Below are positions 17,678 to 27,842 of a stretch of 64,000 nucleotides of DNA, in pieces. The stretch covers positions 4,704 to 68,703 of the forward strand of contig JAJEAI010000201.1 of NCBI GenBank assembly GCA_022824205.1, in the 5' to 3' direction. The stretch comes from Candidatus Binatia bacterium. Its GTDB lineage: Bacteria > Desulfobacterota > Binatia > UBA9968 > JAJDTQ01. Under the pieces are notes generated by a model that had not been told where the DNA came from, made no database searches, and saw only the letters and a list, made by a program, of their open reading frames with translations. Numbering within the stretch: position 1 is the stretch's first letter; each line of letters starts with the position of its first letter. A program made the position numbers and the translations under genes.

Positions 17678-20422
17678 TCATTTCCTCAGCGCCCGCCAGA
17701 CCTTCTCTCCCGTAATCGGCAGGTCGGTGATGCGCACGCCCACGGCCTGGTCCACGGCGTTGGCGATGGCCGAGGGGACGGGAAGGATGCCGCTCTCGCC
17801 CAGTCCCTTGGCGCCGTAGGGGCCGGCGCCGTTACCGTTTTCGAAGAGGATGTTGACCTGCTCGTCGGGCAGGTCGGAGATCTTCGGCAGGCGGTAGGTG
17901 AGCGCGTCGGGGGTGAGCATCAGGCCGTTCTCGTACACGGTTTCCTCGAACAGCGCCTGGCCGAGCCCCTGCAGGAACGCGCCCTGCTCCTGGGTGTGGC
18001 ACTGCTGGGGGTTGATGGCCTTGCCGGCGTCGGCGATGCCGACGTACTTGAGCACCCGCACGTCGCCCGTGTCCCGGTCCACGTGCACCTTGGCGGCCCC
18101 CCATCCCACCTCCCAGAACGGCGCGCGGGCGCCGAGGGGGGCGTCGGGATCGCGTTCGCTCACCTGCCGGCCCTCGCCGGTGATGACGCCGCCCTCACCG
18201 TTGACGTGCCGCACCAGCGCCGAGAACGGGAAGGCGATCTCCGCCAGGCGCACCTCGCCGTTGGCGAAGGTCGCGACGGCGTCGGGGCTCTGGCCCATGG
18301 AGCGAGCGGCCTCGACGAGCTGGTCGCGGACGGCCTGGGCGGCCTTCTGCACCGCGAGCCCCATGACCGTGGTGGCGCTGCTGGCGTAGGTGCCCATGTC
18401 GAAGGGGGTCGAGTCGGTGTCCAGGGACGCCACGTGGACGGCCGTGGGGCTCACGCCCAGTTCTTGGGCGGTAATTCGCGCCATGGCCGTGTGGGAGCCC
18501 TGGCCGATCTCGATGGTGCCCTCGTGCAGGGTGATGCCGCCGCTGTCGTCCACCTCCACCCGCGCGGACGAGATCTTGAAGTTGCCGCCGCCGTCCTTGC
18601 AGCCGCAAGCGACGCCGATGCCGCAGTCCGGCTCCAGCTCCTGCCCCCAGCCGATCTCCCTGGCGGCGCGCAGAAGTCCTTCCTTGAGGTCGGTGTCCAG
18701 GGGGGTCTCGCCGGGGGCGAAGTCTTCGCCCTTGTCGAGCAGGTTCTTGAGCCGGAACTCCACCGGGTCCCAGCCCATCTCCCGCGCGATGATGTCCATC
18801 TGCGATTCGTAGGCCCACACCACCTGGGGTGTGCCCATGCCCCGGAACGCGCCGGCCGGCACCGTGTTGGTGTAGACGGTGTAGGCGTGGGAACGGAGGT
18901 GCGGGATGCGGTACGGGCCGGGCGCCCGGTAGCCCGCCTTCTGCGTGACCCGGGGACCCGAGTCCGAGTAGGCGCCGCCGTCCACGTGCACGAGGCAGTC
19001 CCGCGCCACGAGCTTCCCGTCCCGGTCCACGCCGGTGCGGAGCCGGACGCGCGCGGCCGGCTTGCTCACGATGCGCGACTCCTCTTCCAGCGACAGGTGC
19101 AGGAACACCCGCCGTCCGGCCTTGCGGGACAGCGCCACCGCCAGGGGCTCGAGCTTGGTGTGGTTCTTGTTGCCGTAGGTGCCACCCACCAGCGGCACCA
19201 CCACCCGCGCGCGTTCCCGCGGTACGCCGAACATCTCCGCCAGCTCGTTGCGCACGATGAACTGGTGCTGGGTGGACGCCCACACGGTGAACCCGCCCTC
19301 ATGCCACTCGGCGACGGCGAGTTGCGGCTCCATGGAGTAGTGGGCGATCTTGGGGAAGTCGAAGGTGTGTTCGAATATCCGCTCCGATGCGGCGAACCCT
19401 TCGTCCACGTCGCCCTTGCCGCGCTCGTAGTGGAAGCTCACGTTGCCGTACTTCTTGGCCTCGTCGTCGACGCGGGGATACCCGGGAAAGCTCGGGGCGT
19501 CGTCGCTGACGGACTCGTGGATGGGCGGGGCATCGGGGTCCAGCGCCTCGTCCATGGTCATCAGCGCCGGCAGGGGCTCGTATTCCACCCGGATGAGTGC
19601 CAGCGCCGCGGTGGCCGTCTCCAGGGTCTCGGCGGCCACCGCCGCCACCGCGTCGCCCTCGTAACGGACCTTGTCCGTGGCCAGCACCGGCGTGTCCTTC
19701 ACCAGCGGGCCGTGGTAGTGCTCGACGTCCGCGAGGTCCGCGACGGTGAGCACCGCCACCACGCCGGGATGGGCTTCGGCCGCGGAAGTGTCGATGCCGA
19801 GGATGCGCGCATGGGCGTGGGGGCTGCGCAGGACCCGCCCGTAGAGCATGCCCGGGTACGTCAGGTCGGCGGTGTACACGGGCTCGCCGCGGACCTTGGC
19901 GGCGCCGTCGAGGCGGCGCTCGTCGAGCGGCCTCGGCGCCGACGTCTCCTGCCCGCGCAGCAGCGCCGCGGCCCGGTCCACCGACCGGATGATGGACCGG
20001 TAACCGGTGCATCGGCAGATGTTGCCGTCCAGCGCGTCCTTGATTTCCTCTTCCGAAGGGTCGGGATTCTCGTCCAGCAGGGCGCGGGCGGCTAGGATCA
20101 TGCCCGGCGTGCAGAAGCCGCACTCGAAGCCGCCTTCCTCCCAGAACGCCTCCTGCACAGGGTCCAGCGCGTCGTCGTTGCCAAGACCCTCGATGGTCGT
20201 CAGCGAGCGCCCGTTGACCTCGTGCGCCAGGGTCGTGCACGCGCTCACCGGGCGGCCGTCCAGCAGCACCGTGCAGGAGCCGCACACCTCCACCTCGCAA
20301 CTCGTCTTGGTGCCCTTGAGCCCCAGGTCGCGGCGCAGGAAGTCCGCCAGCAACAGTTCCGGCGCCACGCTGGCGCCGCGCGCCTGGCCGTTCAGCTCGA
20401 ATTGAATCTCGATCTCGTTCAT
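17678..20422 (-). CDS. molybdopterin aldehyde oxidoreductase, MOP-like (fused N-terminal 2x[2Fe-2S] domain plus xanthine-dehydrogenase-family Mo-binding domain)
   Basis: The N-terminus carries CEVEVCGSCTV and CGFCTPG...CRCTGY, which are the [2Fe-2S] motifs. The remaining ~750 aa resemble a CoxL/XdhB-type Mo subunit. At 914 aa the length matches the single-chain MOP type. Confidence 0.8.
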   Translation of the reverse strand: MNEIEIQFELNGQARGASVAPELLLADFLRRDLGLKGTKTSCEVEVCGSCTVLLDGRPVSACTTLAHEVNGRSLTTIEGLGNDDALDPVQEAFWEEGGFECGFCTPGMILAARALLDENPDPSEEEIKDALDGNICRCTGYRSIIRSVDRAAALLRGQETSAPRPLDERRLDGAAKVRGEPVYTADLTYPGMLYGRVLRSPHAHARILGIDTSAAEAHPGVVAVLTVADLADVEHYHGPLVKDTPVLATDKVRYEGDAVAAVAAETLETATAALALIRVEYEPLPALMTMDEALDPDAPPIHESVSDDAPSFPGYPRVDDEAKKYGNVSFHYERGKGDVDEGFAASERIFEHTFDFPKIAHYSMEPQLAVAEWHEGGFTVWASTQHQFIVRNELAEMFGVPRERARVVVPLVGGTYGNKNHTKLEPLAVALSRKAGRRVFLHLSLEEESRIVSKPAARVRLRTGVDRDGKLVARDCLVHVDGGAYSDSGPRVTQKAGYRAPGPYRIPHLRSHAYTVYTNTVPAGAFRGMGTPQVVWAYESQMDIIAREMGWDPVEFRLKNLLDKGEDFAPGETPLDTDLKEGLLRAAREIGWGQELEPDCGIGVACGCKDGGGNFKISSARVEVDDSGGITLHEGTIEIGQGSHTAMARITAQELGVSPTAVHVASLDTDSTPFDMGTYASSATTVMGLAVQKAAQAVRDQLVEAARSMGQSPDAVATFANGEVRLAEIAFPFSALVRHVNGEGGVITGEGRQVSERDPDAPLGARAPFWEVGWGAAKVHVDRDTGDVRVLKYVGIADAGKAINPQQCHTQEQGAFLQGLGQALFEETVYENGLMLTPDALTYRLPKISDLPDEQVNILFENGNGAGPYGAKGLGESGILPVPSAIANAVDQAVGVRITDLPITGEKVWRALRK

Positions 20423-20552
20423 GGGTTCCTCGGTGGGGAGGTTTCGCGGGTTCTTGCGGCGGACTCGATCATCTGTAGCAGATCGCCGTGCGGGCCGCGA
20501 GGAGGAAACGACGAGGAAAACATCGTTGCGGTTGGCCGCCGACGCCCCTCAA

Positions 20553-20778
20553 CGTCATTCCCGCGGAAGCGGGAATCCAGGGGTGGGGGGTGTGGCGGCC
20601 TCATTGCCCGGCCCCACCCCGCCTGGATTCCCGCTTCCGCGGGAATGACTCATTGGGGTGTAGCGAGATTCCGCAACTACCAGAAATCATTGAACAAGTT
20701 TTTGTTTTCATATCAATGACGATTCGAGGAGTCTCTGCCCTGTGAGTATTGACACAACCTGAGAAGCGGGAGACAAGG
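20553..20778. repeat. MITE/REP-like element copy C (reverse orientation, left half truncated)
   Basis: The sequence GTCATTCCCGCGGAAGCGGGAATCCAGG...CATTGGGGTGTAGCGAGATTCCGCAACTACCAGAAATCATTGAACAAGTTTTTGTTTTCATATCAATGACGA...TTGACACAACC lies between the UbiD stop and the MOP start. Confidence 0.75.
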
Positions 20779-20787
20779 GAGTGGGGC

Positions 20788-22233
20788 TCACGACCAGTAC
20801 GTGGTGCGGTCCACCGGGATGTGCGCGAGCACTTCGCCGGGGATGTAGTCTTCCACCTTGATGCGCGCCATGGCCTCGTCCGGGACCTTGGAGACGGGGG
20901 AGAAGGGGCGGTCCAGGGGGCGGGTGGCGTCGACGATCATCACCGACGTCTTTGTTTCGTCCACCACCGTGGGGTCGAGGTAGTTGCCGGTGAAGGTGGG
21001 CTGCATGATCGACACCTGCCGGTGCGGCTGCACGCGGGTGGCCAGGGCCCACAGGATCTCCGTGGGGTTGTAGACGTCGATGTCGTCGTCGAAGACGAAG
21101 ACGTGCTTGGCGTGGAGCTCGGTGAGGGCGGCGGCCGCGGCGCGGCCGGGGTCGCCCTCGGAGAGCTTCTTCATGGCGATGAAGATGTTGTAGTGGGCGT
21201 GGCGCCCGGCCTTGCACACGGCGGTGACGCCGGGCACGGCTTCGCGGATGCGCCGCAGGTAGGCACCTTCCCGCGGCAGGTCGAGCCAGGGCTTGTCGCC
21301 CTCGGGCGTGATCACCGACTGGTACATGGCGTGGTTGCGGAAGTTGATGGCGCGCACCTCGTAGCGGCAGGCGGAGAAGAAGCGTTGCGGTCCCAGGTAA
21401 CCCGGCGCTTCGCCGAAGGGGCCGTCGACGATGCGTTCGCCGGGTATCAGCGCGCCCTCGACGACGATCTCCGCGTCCGCGGGAATCAGCAGGTCGTCGC
21501 CCCAGGTGGTGGACGGCGTCACCCGGAGCGGCTCGCCGAGGTAGGCGCCGATGACGTCGTATTCGCTCACCTCGAAGGGGCCGGTGTAGCACGCGCCCAT
21601 GTAGAACGCCGGGTGGTGTCCCAGCACCGTGGCCACCGGACATTCCAGGCCCTGGTCCTCGTAGTCGCGGAAGATGATCCACTGGTGGTGCTGCGAGTGG
21701 TAGTGGGAGGTGTGGTTCTTCGACTTGATCTCCATGCGGTGATACGAGGCGTTGTAGATGCCTTGCCGGCGGTCCTTGGCGATGGTGCACAGGGTGATGT
21801 AGGGGCCGCCGTCCATGTAGTGGTGGCGCATGATGGGGAGCTCGTAGAGGTCCACGTCGCCGCCGCTCCGGACGTTCTCCATCACCGGCGCTTCGCCGTT
21901 CTCCACCACCACGGGCGCCACGCGGTTGCGCTCGATGTCCACGCACGCCTCGGCCATCCGCGCCCGGCTCATCTCCTTGGGAAGGCCGAGGGCGATCTGG
22001 GTCTTGCGCTGGGAGATGGTGAAATTCATCACCAGCTTGAAGTCGCCGACGCGGCCGTGCAGGTTGCGCGGCCGCTCGAAGATGAGCATGGGGAACTTCC
22101 GGGCGGCGCCCAAGTGCTTGATGATGGCGCTCACGTCGTAGCGCGCGGGGTCCACCTCCCGCTCCACGTGCACCACCTCGGCGGGGATCTCACGGCGGCA
22201 GTCTTCGAGGAAGGTGCGCAGGCTCTTGGGCAT
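20788..22233 (-). CDS. UbiD-family (prenylated-FMN-dependent) decarboxylase
   Basis: The length of 481 aa and the conserved blocks, such as GPYITLCTI, YHRMEIK, DDDIDVYNPTEILWAL and VQPHRQV, match UbiD/PAD1-type carboxy-lyases. Confidence 0.8.
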   Translation of the reverse strand: MPKSLRTFLEDCRREIPAEVVHVEREVDPARYDVSAIIKHLGAARKFPMLIFERPRNLHGRVGDFKLVMNFTISQRKTQIALGLPKEMSRARMAEACVDIERNRVAPVVVENGEAPVMENVRSGGDVDLYELPIMRHHYMDGGPYITLCTIAKDRRQGIYNASYHRMEIKSKNHTSHYHSQHHQWIIFRDYEDQGLECPVATVLGHHPAFYMGACYTGPFEVSEYDVIGAYLGEPLRVTPSTTWGDDLLIPADAEIVVEGALIPGERIVDGPFGEAPGYLGPQRFFSACRYEVRAINFRNHAMYQSVITPEGDKPWLDLPREGAYLRRIREAVPGVTAVCKAGRHAHYNIFIAMKKLSEGDPGRAAAAALTELHAKHVFVFDDDIDVYNPTEILWALATRVQPHRQVSIMQPTFTGNYLDPTVVDETKTSVMIVDATRPLDRPFSPVSKVPDEAMARIKVEDYIPGEVLAHIPVDRTTYWS

Positions 22234-22243
22234 GTCGGCTCGG

Positions 22244-23059
22244 CTACTCGATGTCGGAATGGCTTCGCGGCACCACCACGAGATTCGCGGTCACCTCGCC
22301 GACGTCGGGAATGCGCTTGATGGCCGCCACCACGCCCTCCACCGTAACCGGCGGGGACACCATGCCGGACACGGTCACCGTTCCGTTGTGGGCCTTCACG
22401 TCGATGGGCAGGCCGCGGTACAGGTCGGACTGGAGCAGCGTCGCCTGGGTCTTCCGCGCCAGTGCCAAGTCTTCGAAGGCTTGCTTGGAGGCCGGCGTCT
22501 CGGCGAATGCCCCGAGCCGTGCCGTGGTGCCGATGACCTCGCTGGCGGCGTCCACGCCCATGGCGAGATTGAGCACCAGGTGGTAGCGGGTCGGGTCCTG
22601 CCAGTCGTGGCCGAACAGGGACATGAGGCGCCGGCTGCGGGCCCGGTCGGTGTGCTCGAGCTGCTTGCGGATGGTACCCTCGTCCACGGCGAGGCGCGAC
22701 CGCAGCAGGTCGATGCGCAGCTCCATGGAGCCGGTCAGGAATACCTTCAACACATGGGAGACTCCGGGAAGCAACTCGTGCCCCACGTGGCCGTGGTAAA
22801 CCATCGGGCCGGCCTGGGCCATCTCGCACATGGCCGCCTGGAGCGCGATGCGGTAGGGCCGCAGGTCCTGCAGCCACTGTTCCCACCAGTGCGGCTCCTT
22901 CTCAGTGATGTCGTCGAGCTTGGCGCGCGGCACGCCGTAGTTGGGCAGCGTTGCCGCCAGGTCCTGCCGTCCCACGCACTTGTAGCTCAGGGACTTCGCG
23001 ACCCGGTTGGCGACTTCCTCAGCGCCCTGGATACCCTCGTAGATCATGATGACCGACAT
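22244..23059 (-). CDS. cytidylate-kinase-like (AAA_33-type) family protein with C-terminal BON domain
   Basis: The C-terminal VKAHNGTVTVSGMVSPP..VEGVVAAIKRIPDVGEV is BON-like. The N-terminal half resembles cytidylate-kinase-like family proteins. The gap to the UbiD start is 11 nt. Confidence 0.5.
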   Translation of the reverse strand: MSVIMIYEGIQGAEEVANRVAKSLSYKCVGRQDLAATLPNYGVPRAKLDDITEKEPHWWEQWLQDLRPYRIALQAAMCEMAQAGPMVYHGHVGHELLPGVSHVLKVFLTGSMELRIDLLRSRLAVDEGTIRKQLEHTDRARSRRLMSLFGHDWQDPTRYHLVLNLAMGVDAASEVIGTTARLGAFAETPASKQAFEDLALARKTQATLLQSDLYRGLPIDVKAHNGTVTVSGMVSPPVTVEGVVAAIKRIPDVGEVTANLVVVPRSHSDIE

Positions 23060-23172
23060 GACGAACCCTCCTTTCCAAAGGGACGCGACACCAGACCATG
23101 CTTGACCTCACAATTCAGCATACTGCCGGGACGGGGAATAGGCAACGAAGAATTGACGGGGCAGGGCGCTGG

Positions 23173-23410
23173 CCCCCCAATGAGTCATTCCCGCGGAAGC
23201 GGGAATCCAGGCGGGGTGGGGCCGGGCAATGAGGTCGCCACACCCCCCACCCCTGGATTCCCGCTTCCGCGGGAATGACTCATTGGGGTGTAGCGAGATC
23301 CCGTAACTACCAGAAATCATTGAACAAGTTTTTATTTTCATATCAATGACGACTCGATGGGCCTCCGCCCCATGAGTCTTGACACAGCCGCTTCCGCGCG
23401 AATGACGACC
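23173..23410. repeat. MITE/REP-like element copy D
   Basis: It has the same inner palindrome plus the outer arm CTTGACACAGCCGCTTCCGCGCGAATGACGACC. Confidence 0.8.
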
Positions 23411-23484
23411 ATAGAACGTGACGAAACTTGTGGCGATTGGCCGCCCTTGGAGGGTCCGCACCCACCCTGCTATACGGTGTCGGC

Positions 23485-25401
23485 ATGGGATACCCGCTGA
23501 AACGTTCCAGTTTGGCGGGACCGCTGGGGCGGCTTGCAGCGGTCGGCACGCTGCTCGTTGCGGCGCTGCTCGTTAGAACGCTTGCCGCGAGCCCCACGGA
23601 GGGTTCCCACCCATCTGCCGGCGCGGGTCCGACCCTTGAGCTGCGCGTCGCGCAGGCCGGCCGCCAGACTCCCATCGGGCAGGTCCAGGGGCGCGGCCAC
23701 ATCTCGCCTTTCCGCGGACGGCGGGTGACCACCACCGGCATCGTGACCGCCGTGGACACGGACGGCTTCTACCTGCAGGACCCGGCGGGAGACGGCGACC
23801 CCGATACCTCGGACGGCATCTTCGTCTTCACGCGAAGGGCTCCGGCGGCCGCCACCGGCGACCGGCTGCGGGTGAGCGGCGTGGTCACGGAGTTCCAGCC
23901 CGGCGGCGCGGCCACCGGCAACCTCACCGTCACGCAGATCACGCGCCCGCGGCTCACGCGCTTGTCCCGCCGCAACCGGCTTCCCGCCCCGGTGGTGTTG
24001 GGGTCCGGAGGGCGCGTTCCGCCCGGCCGCGTCATCGACAACGACGGGTTCGCGGTGTTCGATCCGGGAGAAGACGGCATCGACTTCTACGAGACCTTCG
24101 AAGGCATGCGGGTCACCGTCAGGGACGCGGTAGCCGTAAGCCCAACCAGCCGTTTCGGTGAAATCTTCGTGCGCGCTCGCGGTACCGCGTCATCGGGTTT
24201 GAGCCCGCGCGGCACCCTCACGCTGCGCCCGGATGACTTCAACCCCGAGCGCATCCAGATCGACGACGACTTCGGACTGAGTCCCATGGCCACGCCGCAT
24301 GTCCAGGTGGGCGATTCCCTGGGCGACGTGACCGGCGTGATGAGCTATGGGTTCGGCAACTACGAGGTGCGTTTCACCGAGCGCTTCAGGCGCACGCGGG
24401 GCGGGCTGAAGCCCGAGGTCACGTCCTTGCGGGGCGGCGGCGACCACCTCACCATCGCCACCTTCAACGTGCTCAACCTCGACCCCAACGACGGCGACGG
24501 CGACACGGACGTGGCGAGCGGCCGTTTCGACGCCGTGGCGTCCATCATCGCCCGCAACCTGCGGCACCCCGACATCGTGGCCCTCCAGGAGATCCAGGAC
24601 AACGACGGCTCCGCCAAGACCGGGGTCAAGGCCGCCGGCGCCACGCTGCGCCTGCTCGTGGACCGCATCGCGGCCCTGGGACCGGTGCGCTACCGCTTCA
24701 TCGACCACCCGTTCATCGGCGACGACACCAGCGGCGGCCAGCCCGGCGGCAACATCCGCGTGTCCTTCCTCTACAACCCGGCCCGCGTGGAGTTCGTCCC
24801 CGGCTCGGTGGCCACGGTCACGGATCCCGCGGACCAGCGCACCAACCCGCGCAACCCGTTCTTCAACGGCCGCCTGTCGCTGGCGGCGAGCTTCCGCCCG
24901 CGTGCTTCCGGCCATGCGCCCGTCACCGTGGTCAACAACCACTTCAATTCGAAGCGCGGCAGCAGCCCGTTGTTCGGAGAGGTCCAGCCCTTCACGGAGC
25001 GCCAGGAAGATCCGGCGGTCAACGGCGGTCTGGGCAACCGCCGGAGACAGGTCGAGGCCGTGCAGGCGTGGGTTGCCCGGCGGCTCGCGACACAGCCCGA
25101 CGCCGCCATCGTCGTCCTCGGCGACTTCAACGAGTTCGCGTTCGTCTCCCCGCTCCGGGTCCTCGAACGCAGCCTCCGGAACCTCACGGAAACGCTGCCC
25201 CCGACCGAGCGCTACACCTACATCTTCGAGGGCAACGCCCAGTCCCTGGACCACATCCTGGTGAGCCCTTCGCTGGGCGCGTCCGCCGAAGTCGACATCG
25301 TCCACGTCAACGCCGAGTTCGCGGAAACCGCGGCGCGTGCCAGCGACCACGACCCGATCGTGGTGCGGGTGAGGCTGCCACGGACGGGAGCTGAACGATG
25401 A
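23485..25401 (+). CDS. secreted ExeM/NucH-type extracellular nuclease (endonuclease/exonuclease/phosphatase family)
   Basis: A signal-peptide-like N-terminus runs from MGYPLKRSS.. (ATG 23485); the ORF frame opens at 23428. The EEP motifs LTIATFNVLNLD...IVALQEIQD...SDHDPIVV are present. Confidence 0.7.
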   Translation: MGYPLKRSSLAGPLGRLAAVGTLLVAALLVRTLAASPTEGSHPSAGAGPTLELRVAQAGRQTPIGQVQGRGHISPFRGRRVTTTGIVTAVDTDGFYLQDPAGDGDPDTSDGIFVFTRRAPAAATGDRLRVSGVVTEFQPGGAATGNLTVTQITRPRLTRLSRRNRLPAPVVLGSGGRVPPGRVIDNDGFAVFDPGEDGIDFYETFEGMRVTVRDAVAVSPTSRFGEIFVRARGTASSGLSPRGTLTLRPDDFNPERIQIDDDFGLSPMATPHVQVGDSLGDVTGVMSYGFGNYEVRFTERFRRTRGGLKPEVTSLRGGGDHLTIATFNVLNLDPNDGDGDTDVASGRFDAVASIIARNLRHPDIVALQEIQDNDGSAKTGVKAAGATLRLLVDRIAALGPVRYRFIDHPFIGDDTSGGQPGGNIRVSFLYNPARVEFVPGSVATVTDPADQRTNPRNPFFNGRLSLAASFRPRASGHAPVTVVNNHFNSKRGSSPLFGEVQPFTERQEDPAVNGGLGNRRRQVEAVQAWVARRLATQPDAAIVVLGDFNEFAFVSPLRVLERSLRNLTETLPPTERYTYIFEGNAQSLDHILVSPSLGASAEVDIVHVNAEFAETAARASDHDPIVVRVRLPRTGAER

Positions 25402-25656
25402 CCGGACGCCCCCGCATGAGGTCGGAAACGTTCGGAACCTGGAAATACGGAACTCGGATGTCTGTTTTTCCAGGTTCCGTCGCGTCGAAGTGGATCGAGC
25501 AAGGCGTCCAGGCATGGACCGGGTCGTCGTTCTTGACTCGAAGCGACCGACGTCTAATTGACAGCCGATGGTTTGTCGGATAGGTTCCTGCCGGCTTTTG
25601 TGCCCGGTTTGCGCGCATCGAACGCTGCATTTCGTTCGTCGACACGGGACCACGAG

Positions 25657-26655
25657 ATGACCCTGCCCAAAGTTGCGCTTATCCTGACCGGAGGCACCAT
25701 CGACTCGGTGGGTGCCGACCGGCTCGACCTCGCTTGGTACATCGAGAACAACAAGCGGCTCGGCGAGGGCGAATTGGTGGGCTCCGTTCCCGAGTTGGCC
25801 GCCATCGCCGAGGTGGAGGAGGTGCCGTTCCGGCGGCTTCCGAGTCATGCGTTGGTAAACCGGGACTGGCTCGACCTGGCGGGGCTGCTGCACGGGATTT
25901 TCGAGCGCGGCGAGGCCGACGGCGCGGTCATCACCCACGGCACCAACACCCTCGAAGAGACCGCCTACTTCCTGAACTTGGTGTTAAAGACCGATAGGCC
26001 GGTGGTGCTGGTGGGGTCCATGCGGCCCGCGTCGGCGCTGGGCGCGGACGGCTACCTGAACCTGTTCAACGCGGTGCGCGTGGCGGCGGAACCGGCATCC
26101 CGCGGGCAGGGCGTGCTGGCGGTGCTGAACGACCGCATCTACGGCGCCCGGGACCTGACCAAGACGGCCACGTACCGGGTGGAGGCGTTCCAGGGACGGG
26201 AACTCGGGCCTTTGGGCTTCGCCGACGGCGACGGCCGCGTGTGCTACTACCACCGCATCGTCAAGCCTCACACCACCGCCACCGAGTTCGACGTGGCGCG
26301 GCTGGAGTCCCTGCCCCGGGTCGATGTCGTCGTGTCGCACGCGGGCGCCGACGGCGCCATGATCGACGCCTGCGTGGCGGCCGGCGCCAGAGGCATCGTC
26401 TGCGCCGCCACCGGCGCGGGCCGTCCCACGCCGGCTCAGGACGAGGCCTTCGCCCGCGCCCGGGAGAAAGGCGTGGTCGTGTGCATTGGCAGCCGGGTCG
26501 GTTCGGGGAGGGTGGCCCGGAGTCCGGGTTTGCGCCAGCGCGGCGTCGTCACCGCTGACAACCTCCAGCCCTGGAAGGCACGGGTGTTGCTGGCCCTGGC
26601 CCTCAGTGCCACCGAAGACCCCGACGCCATCCAGCGGATGTTCGATACGTACTGA
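25657..26655 (+). CDS. L-asparaginase (type II family)
   Basis: LTGGTIDS is the threonine active-site motif. HGTNTLEETAYFL is also present. The start is refined to the ATG at 25657. Confidence 0.8.
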   Translation: MTLPKVALILTGGTIDSVGADRLDLAWYIENNKRLGEGELVGSVPELAAIAEVEEVPFRRLPSHALVNRDWLDLAGLLHGIFERGEADGAVITHGTNTLEETAYFLNLVLKTDRPVVLVGSMRPASALGADGYLNLFNAVRVAAEPASRGQGVLAVLNDRIYGARDLTKTATYRVEAFQGRELGPLGFADGDGRVCYYHRIVKPHTTATEFDVARLESLPRVDVVVSHAGADGAMIDACVAAGARGIVCAATGAGRPTPAQDEAFARAREKGVVVCIGSRVGSGRVARSPGLRQRGVVTADNLQPWKARVLLALALSATEDPDAIQRMFDTY

Positions 26656-26707
26656 CGCTCAGATCGAATCCGTCAGTCTTACCTCACCACCGTCACCTCT
26701 CTGATCG

Positions 26708-26985
26708 TCATTGATATGAAAATAAAATCCTGTTCAATGATTTCTGGTAGTTACGGAATCCCGCTACACCCAATGAGTCATTCCCGCGGAAGCGGGAATC
26801 CAGGCGGGGTGGGGCCGGGCAATGAGGTCGCCACACCCCCCACCCCTGGATTCCCGCTTCCGCGGGAATGACTCATTGGGGGGGCCGACGCCCCATTTTC
26901 ATTCCCCTTTGTGTCGGCTGCAAGCCGACATGGGTGATTCCCGCCCCCGATTGGGGTCGAGGGCAAGCTTCCGCGGGAATGACTC
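26708..26985. repeat. MITE/REP-like element copy E (full left arm plus accessory hairpin TCGGCTGCAAGCCGA)
   Basis: It has the same unit, followed by ...GTGTCGGCTGCAAGCCGACATGGGTGATTCCCGC... Confidence 0.8.
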
Positions 26986-27046
26986 AGGAGAAAGCGACGG
27001 GGATCGATGCGGGTTCCAGATAGCATGTTCGGATGAGCACCGAACT

Positions 27047-27805
27047 TCAGTGCATGTGCTGGCCGCCGTCCACGCTGATGGACTGGCCGGTGACGAAGTC
27101 GCTGTCGTCGGAAGACAAGAAGATCACCGTGCCAACCAGGTCGTCCGGGTACTGGTCGCGCTGGAAGGCGCGGCTCTTGCGCCGGTTCTCCAGTTGCTGG
27201 GGAGTGGTGACGCCTTCCTGGTTGTCGCCCGAGATGGTGAGGCCGGGCATGATGGCGTTGACGTTGATTCCGTCGGGACCGATCTCCCGCGCCAGCGCCC
27301 GGGTGAATCCGAGCACGCCGGCCTTGGACGAGACGTAGTGCAGGAACATCGGCGTCCCGCCCAGGATGGTGCCCGAGGAGATGTTGATGATCTTCCCCTT
27401 GCCCTGCGCCTTCATGGCCGGATAGACCGCCTGCACGCACAGGAACAGGCCCTTGACGTTCACCGCCATGACCCGGTCCCACTCGTCCTCGGGGATCTCC
27501 ATGAAGGACTTCTTCGTGAGCGCCGTGTAGAGGCCGGCGTTGTTCACCAGGATGTCGATGCGCCCGTACTCCTTCAGCACCGCGTCGGCCATCTCGCGGG
27601 TCCTCTCCGGGGATGAGACGTCCACCGCCACGGGGATGGCCTCGCCGCCGTCCTTCTTGATCTCCGCCGCCACCTGCGTGGCCGCCTCCACCTGGATGTC
27701 GGCCACGGCTACCTTGGCGCCTTCCTGCGCCAGCGCCTTGGAGTAGGCCCGGCCAATGCCGATGCCGCCGCCCGTCACGATCGCCACCTTTCCGTCCAAA
27801 CGCAT
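27047..27805 (-). CDS. SDR-family oxidoreductase
   Basis: The N-terminus is GKVAIVTGGGIGIGRA. The active-site motif is YVSSKAG. The length is 252 aa. Confidence 0.8.
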   Translation of the reverse strand: MRLDGKVAIVTGGGIGIGRAYSKALAQEGAKVAVADIQVEAATQVAAEIKKDGGEAIPVAVDVSSPERTREMADAVLKEYGRIDILVNNAGLYTALTKKSFMEIPEDEWDRVMAVNVKGLFLCVQAVYPAMKAQGKGKIINISSGTILGGTPMFLHYVSSKAGVLGFTRALAREIGPDGINVNAIMPGLTISGDNQEGVTTPQQLENRRKSRAFQRDQYPDDLVGTVIFLSSDDSDFVTGQSISVDGGQHMH

Positions 27806-27842
27806 GATGGATTCCTCCTTTACCGAATCTTATCCGATGAAT

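Noticed and set aside
26778-27482. 234-aa ORF antisense to the SDR gene 27047..27805
   Set aside because: It is antisense to a gene with clear SDR motifs, and its N-terminus is read from MITE copy E. It is spurious.
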